This document shows, in pieces, positions 45,593-52,897 of a stretch of DNA of 64,000 nucleotides. The notes beneath the pieces were generated by a model that was given only the letters and a program-made list of their open reading frames with translations, was not told the DNA's origin and did no database searches. Numbering within the stretch: the first letter of the stretch is position 1; every line of letters begins with the position of its first letter. The stretch comes from a virus (lineage: Duplodnaviria; Heunggongvirae; Uroviricota; Caudoviricetes), in IMG/VR virus record IMGVR_UViG_3300020042_009419, positions 22,742 to 86,741 of that record, one strand, 5' to 3'. Both the position numbers and the translations under genes were made by a program.

Positions 45593-46357
45593 ATGCAGAA
45601 AACTTATCGCAGTATCTTTATCTCAGATGTACATCTTGGTACTAGAGACTGCCAAGCAGAGAAACTCAACAACTTTCTCAAGAACAACACCTGCGAGACC
45701 CTGTATCTTGTGGGGGACATAATAGATGCCTGGCGCATACAGCAGAACAAGTGGCGTTGGAAACAGAGCCATACCAATGTGGTGCGCAGAGTTCTTGGTC
45801 ATGCCAAGCGTGGCACTAGAGTTGTTTATGTGGCCGGCAATCATGACGAATTTCTAAGACCCATGATACCATATGGGTTCAGTTTTGGACATGTTGAAAT
45901 ACACAATCAAATAGAACACATAGGTGCAGATGGCAATCATTATCTGGTGGTGCACGGCGACCTGTTTGATGGCATTACCAGACTGGCACCCTGGATAGCA
46001 TTCTTGGGAGATCGAGCATATGATATCATTCTTTCTGTCAACAGCAAGTTTAATTGGATACGTCACCGTATGGGTTTTGGGTACTTTAGCCTTAGCAAGT
46101 TTCTTAAGCACAAGGTCAAAAAAGCAGTAGACTTTATATTCAAGTTTGAAGAAAACCTAGCCAACTACTGCAAGAAGCGTGGCTTTGATGGTGTGATCTG
46201 TGGACACATACATCATGCAGAGATCAAAGAGATCAACGGAGTCACATACATGAATGATGGTGACTGGGTTGAATCATGTACAGCCCTGGTGGAACATCAT
46301 GATGGTGCATGGGAAATAATTACTTGGACACGGGAGACAGACCATGAAAATCAGTGA
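45593..46357 (+). CDS. LpxH-like metallophosphoesterase (UDP-2,3-diacylglucosamine hydrolase family)
   Basis: FISDVHLG, LYLVGDIIDAW and VAGNHDEF, in the same order as in LpxH. Confidence 0.65.
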   Translation: MQKTYRSIFISDVHLGTRDCQAEKLNNFLKNNTCETLYLVGDIIDAWRIQQNKWRWKQSHTNVVRRVLGHAKRGTRVVYVAGNHDEFLRPMIPYGFSFGHVEIHNQIEHIGADGNHYLVVHGDLFDGITRLAPWIAFLGDRAYDIILSVNSKFNWIRHRMGFGYFSLSKFLKHKVKKAVDFIFKFEENLANYCKKRGFDGVICGHIHHAEIKEINGVTYMNDGDWVESCTALVEHHDGAWEIITWTRETDHENQ

Positions 46358-47054
46358 CAAAATCACTATTGTAGTACCATGCAAGAATGAGGAAACGTAC
46401 ATCCATCATTTGCTAGACGCTTTGCGAGCACAGAACATAGGTGATACCAGAGTTATCATTGCTGACTGTAGTACTGACCGCACTAGACAAGTTATACGAG
46501 ACAACAGTTGGGAATTGAACGTTGAAATAATAGACGGCGGGCCGGTGTCTATGGCCAAGAACAACGGAGCACGACTGGTGACTACACCATACATCTTGTT
46601 CATTGATGCTGATGTTCGTTTCTTCAAATACGATGTTATCCGTGATGCTGTTGACAAAATTGAATTGCTAAATTTAGATCTTGTGGGGCTGAACATCAAG
46701 TGTTATGATCAAGATCTTAGAGCAAAAGCAGGGTTTGTTGTGTTCAACACCATAAATCATGCGCTGAAATATTTCTCTCCCTTTGCAGTTGGGGCGTTCA
46801 TGCTCACACGCAGAGACCGATTTGAAGAATATGGCGGCTTCCCCGAAAACTTTTCCACCAGCGAAGATTACTTTTTGTCCAGAAAATACAGCCCTCGAAA
46901 GTTTAGAATCATCCGACACCACCTTGGACAGGATAGTCGTAGATTCAAAAAAATGGGCTACATGGGCATGGCCCGATACCTTGTGAAAAACTTTGTGAAT
47001 CGCAACAACAAACAATACTGGGACAGCCTAGACAACAGCAAGTACTGGAGTTGA
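46344..47054 (+). CDS. family 2 glycosyltransferase
   Basis: ITIVVPCKNEE and a DxD motif (FIDADV). Confidence 0.65.
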   Translation: MKISDKITIVVPCKNEETYIHHLLDALRAQNIGDTRVIIADCSTDRTRQVIRDNSWELNVEIIDGGPVSMAKNNGARLVTTPYILFIDADVRFFKYDVIRDAVDKIELLNLDLVGLNIKCYDQDLRAKAGFVVFNTINHALKYFSPFAVGAFMLTRRDRFEEYGGFPENFSTSEDYFLSRKYSPRKFRIIRHHLGQDSRRFKKMGYMGMARYLVKNFVNRNNKQYWDSLDNSKYWS

Positions 47055-47094
47055 AATTGAGTATTGTTTAGCGATTTTGCAGCTAAATAGCTCT

Positions 47095-47991
47095 ATGAGA
47101 GCACAAGAATTCCTAGCAGAAGCAGCCACCGCAGTGGTTTACCATTATGCAGGTATAGGTGCAGCAGCCAAAATACTCACCAGCGGCGTATTCCAACTCA
47201 GCAGCGTGACCGGCAACAAGAGTGAAGAAATGTATGCTCCCCCGGGATATCCGTATTTTCTAAGTACCACACGCAGTCGAGTGGGCGACTATCATAGATA
47301 TGTTGGCAGCGGCGGTGTGATGTTTGTGATCGACGGCACCTGGCTGAATCGCAACTACAAGACTCGACCTGTGGACTACTGGGATCGTGCTTGGTTACAC
47401 AGCAACAGTACCAGAACTCGTGAAAGCGAAGACCGTGTGTTTAGTCGTGAGCCCGAAATCCCAATTGACGGAGTGACAGCAGTACATGTGCTGCTGAAAG
47501 AACAAAGTGAATATCGCAGTCCTGAGGCTAGAACAGTATTGATTGCTGCAAAGAAACGTGGCATTCCTGCGTATTTTTACACAGACGAAACTGCCTGGCG
47601 CCTGCAAGACACCCGTAAGGCTGTGAGCCCGGCCTCAGCAGCACCGTTGCTCAAAGGCGCACAGCCCAAAGGCTCTACACCCAGCAGACCCCCTACAATG
47701 TATCTTGAGCCGTGGCTGGAACTGATCTACAAAAACAACAAATCAGAACTAACTCCACGTGCAGAAAAACTGCGACACGATCTGGTTTATTACGGATCAA
47801 GATATCCTGACGAAGACAGCGGCTTAGGAGTGGACATGGGCAATGCTCGCAAGCCCAATAGTTCAGACTATCCCACAGCAGTCAAGATCAACGATTACAT
47901 GCGTAGAAACAAGTTCCCAACCACTGTGGCACTCAAAAATGCCATGGTGGACAAATGGGACAAGATCAACACACCCACAGCACAATCGTGA
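47095..47991 (+). CDS. hypothetical protein
   Basis: ATG at 47095. The track's 47077 start is a TTG. Confidence 0.4.
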   Translation: MRAQEFLAEAATAVVYHYAGIGAAAKILTSGVFQLSSVTGNKSEEMYAPPGYPYFLSTTRSRVGDYHRYVGSGGVMFVIDGTWLNRNYKTRPVDYWDRAWLHSNSTRTRESEDRVFSREPEIPIDGVTAVHVLLKEQSEYRSPEARTVLIAAKKRGIPAYFYTDETAWRLQDTRKAVSPASAAPLLKGAQPKGSTPSRPPTMYLEPWLELIYKNNKSELTPRAEKLRHDLVYYGSRYPDEDSGLGVDMGNARKPNSSDYPTAVKINDYMRRNKFPTTVALKNAMVDKWDKINTPTAQS

Positions 47992-48030
47992 GATAACCCC
48001 TTGCGGGGTTATCAAATGTTCAACTTACAA

Positions 48031-48258
48031 TTAAACTGGCTTTTTTGCAGCAGGCTTTTTGGCAGCGGGCTTTTTGTCAAACTGTTGCTTTTTAGGTACA
48101 GCCTTTTTTGCAGCAGGCTTTGCTGCAACTGGTTCAGCAACAATTGGGGCAGTCGCTGGTGCAACCTCAACGTGTGTATGGGCAGCTTCTACCTTGTATG
48201 GTGCCTGGGCTTCCGGAGCAGGCTTGCCCAGAAAGAATTGTTTGATTTTTGTAAACAT
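48031..48258 (-). CDS. histone H1-like Lys/Ala/Pro-rich DNA-binding protein
   Basis: C-terminal AAKKPAAKKPV, KPAAKKAVPKK repeats. The + strand ORFs here are low-complexity shadows. Confidence 0.45.
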   Translation of the reverse strand: MFTKIKQFFLGKPAPEAQAPYKVEAAHTHVEVAPATAPIVAEPVAAKPAAKKAVPKKQQFDKKPAAKKPAAKKPV

Positions 48259-48433
48259 AAGTTCTCCTATGAAATATTTACCAACCTAGCTGTTATGGGC
48301 AAAAAAACACAGTTAATTTTGCCGAAAAGAATAATAAATGTTGCGCCGCAGCATAAATAATGTTACAATAGAAACATGCTAGGATGCTGCATAGGGCGGG
48401 TCCGGCTAGTAAATTTTGTCTAAAGGAAAAATT

Positions 48434-48718
48434 ATGTTTACATCAGAAGCAATCATCGACGCCGTACAAAACGGTAAAAAAACTTTCGTCAACACATTCG
48501 TCACAAACGAAGCTGTGAAAGAAGCCATGGTCAACTTTGTTGACACTCAAGCCGAATACACCAAAAAAGCAGTCAAAGTTGGTCAAGACACTGCCGCAGT
48601 GTTGGCCAGCGAAATGGTCAAAACCATGCAACAAGCAACCAAATTTGACTATTCCAAGTTTGGTGAAGGTATCATGAAGGCTTACCAGACCACACAAAAG
48701 CCTGCCAAAGGAGCCTAA
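48434..48718 (+). CDS. hypothetical protein, phasin-like alpha-helical composition
   Basis: ATG at 48434 with an AAAGGAAAA RBS. Weak resemblance to phasins. Confidence 0.35.
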   Translation: MFTSEAIIDAVQNGKKTFVNTFVTNEAVKEAMVNFVDTQAEYTKKAVKVGQDTAAVLASEMVKTMQQATKFDYSKFGEGIMKAYQTTQKPAKGA

Positions 48719-48910
48719 ATGCTAGTAGACGCCAGTGTATCGACTGCGGAAGACCAGCAGCCTACAGGGCTGTCTGAGTTTTGGACCTGGGTAAAGCGCA
48801 CGTTCACCGACCCTTACCGGGACGAAATCAACACGTATCTGGCACAATCAATTGATCATGCCGACGTTGAACGTAGAATAAAAGTGCTCATGAAAAGAGG
48901 CATGCTCTAA
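48719..48910 (+). CDS. hypothetical protein
   Basis: ATG immediately after the upstream TAA. Confidence 0.35.
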   Translation: MLVDASVSTAEDQQPTGLSEFWTWVKRTFTDPYRDEINTYLAQSIDHADVERRIKVLMKRGML

Positions 48911-48926
48911 ACAGGTCACAGCAGAG

Positions 48927-48975
48927 TTGACCAATAATCCGGTTAGTGCTATAATAACAGCACTAACCGGATTTC
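48927..48975 (+). promoter_or_regulatory. TTGACC-17-TATAAT promoter whose -10 box sits in the loop of a terminator-like hairpin
   Basis: CCGGTTAGTGCT-ataataac-AGCACTAACCGG, then ATTTCTTTTG. Confidence 0.45.
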
Positions 48976-49031
48976 TTTTGAACTTATGAAACCTTTATCT
49001 TTTGTGATACAGTTACCTAGACAGCGCAGAC

Positions 49032-49370
49032 GTGCTGTGGAACTGTACAGTCGCGACACGCCATTTCGTGGCCGAACAGAAAAAAGCCGCGTACAATATC
49101 AACGCCGTGCCAAACATCCAGGACAAGATCTTGATCGCTGAACAAGACCTCAATCAAGAACTAGGTGCAGGGCGCCGCTTTGCTGTGGCTCCTTCGGAGC
49201 TGGGATTTGGCCACAGGCTGGTCATACTCAGCGACTTTGCGTACTGGGTCGAACATGATGCTGAACTGGTTGCCTGGTGTGATCGCAACAATGCCACTCT
49301 GTCTGGAGCCACTGTTGAACTTGCAACAGATCAGGATCTTGTGATGTTTTTACTACGGTGGAGCCCATGA
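49032..49370 (+). CDS. hypothetical protein (GTG start)
   Basis: 112-aa ORF. A 51-aa Arg-rich ATG ORF at 48986-49141 in another frame is an alternative call. Confidence 0.3.
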   Translation: MLWNCTVATRHFVAEQKKAAYNINAVPNIQDKILIAEQDLNQELGAGRRFAVAPSELGFGHRLVILSDFAYWVEHDAELVAWCDRNNATLSGATVELATDQDLVMFLLRWSP

Positions 49371-49612
49371 AAAAACTCTTGATACCCCTAGCCGCTCTGG
49401 CCTTGACTGGCTGCATGAGTGTGATGCAGCGACCGCCACCAGCTGTGCTGGCCATGCCCAATGACTGTGCCAATCGTGTGGCCATCATCAACTGGTTAAC
49501 CAGGCAATCTCAAACCCCTCGTCAATTTGAACCGGAGCAAGACTATGAAAATCGCATGTCCGAAATACGTCACCGTATGTGGAATCTTCGTTATTATTGC
49601 CAGCCTGTGTAG
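49367..49612 (+). CDS. lipoprotein
   Basis: MKKLLIPLAALALTGC lipobox. ATGA-coupled. Confidence 0.45.
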   Translation: MKKLLIPLAALALTGCMSVMQRPPPAVLAMPNDCANRVAIINWLTRQSQTPRQFEPEQDYENRMSEIRHRMWNLRYYCQPV

Positions 49613-49892
49613 TGGATGTGCCACTGCCAGCAGGCCTGATCGTGTGCCCATGAGCACTCGAGATCTCAACCACTTTGCAATCAATTGCGGTATCAAGGAA
49701 CAACAGGTGGCCATGCTGCAAAGCATGCGACAAACTGGAGATGAGCGCATGGTGGCAGGCTTTGTTGCCATGCTGCCCTGGGCCAAGTGGACCGATCCTG
49801 GTGAGTACAAACAAAATGTCGAAGTACACAACGGACGCCTCAACTGGATGATCAATTACCATCTCAACATACTGGCCACGCATTGCCCATGA
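49545..49892 (+). CDS. lipoprotein
   Basis: MKIACPKYVTVCGIFVIIASLCSGC lipobox. Overlaps the upstream ORF by 68 nt, so one of the two boundaries is uncertain. Confidence 0.4.
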   Translation: MKIACPKYVTVCGIFVIIASLCSGCATASRPDRVPMSTRDLNHFAINCGIKEQQVAMLQSMRQTGDERMVAGFVAMLPWAKWTDPGEYKQNVEVHNGRLNWMINYHLNILATHCP

Positions 49893-50455
49893 AAAAACTC
49901 TTACTAGCAGCCTGCCTAGCAGCAAGTGTGGCTCATGCTGATGATCAGTGTGTGCTGCAAGACAAAACAGTCACACAGGGATCTGTGCAGATTCTAGAAC
50001 GCAGCGGACTACGCAGCGAAGTGGTGCCCTTGCCCACAGGCAACAAACGTTGCCAGGTCACATTTCGAGCCAGAATTGGTGTGGATTGGCACACAGCATT
50101 TGGTGAGTATGACTGGCCCGGCGATCGCCCACGTGAAGAAGCCTGTGCAGTTGCAGCCAAACGTGCAGAAGATTCAGTACGTGAACGAGTGGGACGTACC
50201 CAGATAATTTCGGAAAAGGTCATGATCTGTAGAGACCAAGCAGACCTCTTGACCTTGCGATCAAGCAATCCGGGCACAGTTGCAGAACTCAGTCAGTTTA
50301 GGCCACACCCAGAGTATCCCAAACGATTCTGGCACAACGGTGCTCAGTGCCGCATGTTTTTGGACAGCGCCTGGACTGGTCGGGACATTCGCACCTACCA
50401 GGGTGTGATATGTCAGGTTCAGGATTCAAAATGGGTAGTTGTGGACAAATTCTAA
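49889..50455 (+). CDS. secreted Cys-containing protein with a Sec signal peptide
   Basis: MKKLLLAACLAASVAHA-DDQC. ATGA-coupled. Confidence 0.45.
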   Translation: MKKLLLAACLAASVAHADDQCVLQDKTVTQGSVQILERSGLRSEVVPLPTGNKRCQVTFRARIGVDWHTAFGEYDWPGDRPREEACAVAAKRAEDSVRERVGRTQIISEKVMICRDQADLLTLRSSNPGTVAELSQFRPHPEYPKRFWHNGAQCRMFLDSAWTGRDIRTYQGVICQVQDSKWVVVDKF

Positions 50456-50513
50456 TTGACCATTATTGAAGAGTGTGTTACAATTGTGTATCTATAACTT
50501 TTTGGAAAAGATT

Positions 50514-50636
50514 ATGAAATATCTGATAGTGTTAGCAGGGGCTCTGGTGTTGACAGCATGTGGCACAGTGGGCGGAGCAGTAAGTGGTGCCGGCAAAGAC
50601 CTAGGTAAAGCCGGCGAGTGGATTCAATCTAAATAA
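50514..50636 (+). CDS. entericidin-like mini-lipoprotein (40 aa), absent from the ORF track
   Basis: MKYLIVLAGALVLTACGTVGGAVSGAGKDLGKAGEWIQSK. Lipobox LTAC followed by a Gly-rich amphipathic tail, as in EcnA/EcnB. Confidence 0.55.
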   Translation: MKYLIVLAGALVLTACGTVGGAVSGAGKDLGKAGEWIQSK

Positions 50637-50645
50637 GGAAGTATC

Positions 50646-51221
50646 ATGAAAAAAGTTTTTGCAATCTTGGCCTTGGCTGCAGCGGTATCAGCATGCACCA
50701 CCACACCAACTGACACCTATGACAAACGTGTGGACGCTGAGCGAGTTCGTCGTGAAGCAGCAGTGGAAAAGTCAATCGACAAGGCACCCAAGTGGATGAC
50801 TGAATTACCGGTGAGTACCAGTGCAGTTTATGCCAATGGCAGTGCAGTGAGTCAAGACATGAGCATGGCCGACTACAAGGCCAAGCTGTTTGCATATGGC
50901 AAGATCTGTATGGCAGCAGGCGGCAAAGTCAGCCAGCAGTCCAAGATGTTCATGATGGACAATTCTAGTGCCAGCTACGAAACCAGTGAAGTTGCTATTC
51001 GTGGCGTTTGCCCGGATGTGGACATTACCGGTGTTGAAACCAAAGAAGTCAAGCGCATTGCAGAAGGCACTAGATTCCGTAGTTATGTGCTGGTGGCCCT
51101 GCCAACCGGTGATGCTAATGTGCTGAAAAAGCAAAAAGACCAGGCAAAATTGCAGTCTCAAGCAGCAGGCCGTAGCAAACAGGCTTTTGAAGAACTGGAT
51201 GTTGTAACAGAAAAGCAATAA
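50646..51221 (+). CDS. lipoprotein
   Basis: MKKVFAILALAAAVSAC lipobox. RBS AGGAAG. Confidence 0.5.
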   Translation: MKKVFAILALAAAVSACTTTPTDTYDKRVDAERVRREAAVEKSIDKAPKWMTELPVSTSAVYANGSAVSQDMSMADYKAKLFAYGKICMAAGGKVSQQSKMFMMDNSSASYETSEVAIRGVCPDVDITGVETKEVKRIAEGTRFRSYVLVALPTGDANVLKKQKDQAKLQSQAAGRSKQAFEELDVVTEKQ

Positions 51222-51248
51222 TAAGCGATAATATACGCATAAATAAAA

Positions 51249-51275
51249 GCAGCCCACTCGGGCTGCTTTCTTCAC
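51249..51275 (+). terminator. rho-independent terminator
   Basis: GCAGCCC-actc-GGGCTGC followed by TTTCTTC. Confidence 0.5.
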
Positions 51276-51284
51276 TACAAATTT

Positions 51285-51857
51285 ATGGCCACAGAAACTG
51301 AAAATCTAGATCAATCACACACCCAACGACTTGCTGACTCGGGCATGCTGGTACTCATGGGTGAAATAGACCATGACAGTATCAAACCAGTGATAGAGTG
51401 GATTCTGCATGAGAACTATGTGGTGAAGAAAAAACGCAAAGAACTCCTGCTGATGATCTGCTCAGAAGGTGGAGACATGAGTGCAGCCTTTGCCTTGATT
51501 GATGTGATGCGCAGCAGTGCTATTGCGGTCAAAACAGTGGGCCTAGGCCAGATTGCCAGTGCAGGACTCTTGATATTTCTAGCAGGCTCACCGGGACGTA
51601 GAATCCTTACTCCCAACACCAGTATCCTGAGTCACCAGTTCAGCTGGGGCAGCGATGGCAAGGTGCATGAATTGTTTGCTACCATGCGTGAGTTTGAACT
51701 CACACAAAAACGCATGATACAGCACTACCGGGACTGTACTGGACTGGATGATGACACTGTTCGGGCCAAGCTGTTACCACCACATGATGTTTGGCTTGAT
51801 GCCACTCAGGCACTGGAATTGCACATCTGCGACGCAATATCCACACTGGGACGTTAA
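51285..51857 (+). CDS. divergent ClpP-family serine peptidase (second ClpP paralogue)
   Basis: Catalytic Ser in GQIASAG and His in SILSHQ, aligning with GQAASMG and MIHQP of ClpP. Confidence 0.6.
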   Translation: MATETENLDQSHTQRLADSGMLVLMGEIDHDSIKPVIEWILHENYVVKKKRKELLLMICSEGGDMSAAFALIDVMRSSAIAVKTVGLGQIASAGLLIFLAGSPGRRILTPNTSILSHQFSWGSDGKVHELFATMREFELTQKRMIQHYRDCTGLDDDTVRAKLLPPHDVWLDATQALELHICDAISTLGR

Positions 51858-52897
51858 CTTCTCGGAATTTTTTCTTTTTGTTTCAGGTTGGGCGCCAAAT
51901 CAAATTCAGGTTTTGTGGGTGCAGGCAGTGCAGGCATGTTGTTGGCATACTGAACCGGACCCATATCTTTCACAGCAGGCGCTGGATTGATCGATGTGTC
52001 AGCACCCTTGGCCAGACCAGCCAATCGTGTCACGGTTGACAGAGAGGTGTCGTCTTTTGGATCAATTCCTGCATCCCACATTTGATACATTTTCTCGCGT
52101 ACCTGGTCCGGGCTTAGAGCATTTGATAATTTGCTTGGATCGATATATTTCTCGCTATCTATCTTTACAGGTTTACCACCGCTAGTGGCTGTGAATTTTG
52201 TATATTTGTGAAAACGACTACCCGAAGGAGATCCATCACTTCTTATTATACGTTTGAGTTCTTCAACTGGGTCAGTTTCACGATTATCTCTAACATAGGT
52301 GTCCCCAATATTTCCATCAAAGTCGGTTCTGTAAATTACAATTTTGTTTTCTTCTGGCGTATTACTAGCATAATAATCATAAGGTTCACTTTTAGTTGTT
52401 TGATAACGCTTATCATCTGGATCATCAGCTCTTGACACAAACGATGATTTTATATCTGCAGGATCAATAGATGCACTTTGAAGATGCTTGATCAATTGTG
52501 CAGCAGCCAGTTCGGGATTTGTACGATACAAATATAGTAAATCGTACATTTGGTCTTCTGCAGATAGATCATCACCAACCCGGTTACGAGGATCATTATC
52601 ATTATCATTTTTGGTGGCTTTTCTTTCTTCAAATCCCAAAAGTTCAACCATTGATTCATGGGCGTCATAGCCTTCAGAGCCTGATTCTTCATCCCATTGA
52701 CCAAGGTGATCTTGAATGCCTTTTAGCAATGCAATTCCGGCTGCAACAGGAAGACTAGCAACACCTGCTGGAGTGGACAACATTTTGACCACAGATGTGG
52801 GCACTGCCGCACTGGCAGCAAAACTTGCTAGACCTTTGAGGAACCCTCTTCGAGTGGGTTGGTCCAGACCTTCGTTTATGATATCTGTTATTTTCAT
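51854..52897 (-). CDS. hypothetical Asp/Lys-rich protein with a twin-arginine (TAT) signal peptide
   Basis: PTRRGFLKGLASFAASAAVP near the N-terminus. AT-rich gene on the opposite strand. Confidence 0.4.
   Translation of the reverse strand: MKITDIINEGLDQPTRRGFLKGLASFAASAAVPTSVVKMLSTPAGVASLPVAAGIALLKGIQDHLGQWDEESGSEGYDAHESMVELLGFEERKATKNDNDNDPRNRVGDDLSAEDQMYDLLYLYRTNPELAAAQLIKHLQSASIDPADIKSSFVSRADDPDDKRYQTTKSEPYDYYASNTPEENKIVIYRTDFDGNIGDTYVRDNRETDPVEELKRIIRSDGSPSGSRFHKYTKFTATSGGKPVKIDSEKYIDPSKLSNALSPDQVREKMYQMWDAGIDPKDDTSLSTVTRLAGLAKGADTSINPAPAVKDMGPVQYANNMPALPAPTKPEFDLAPNLKQKEKIPRS

Noticed and set aside
48986-49141. 51-aa Arg-rich ORF (MKPLSFVIQLPRQRRRAVELYSRD...) right after the 48927 promoter.
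   Set aside because: No RBS, and it overlaps the 112-aa GTG-start ORF in another frame. Either could be real, so it is kept only as an alternative.
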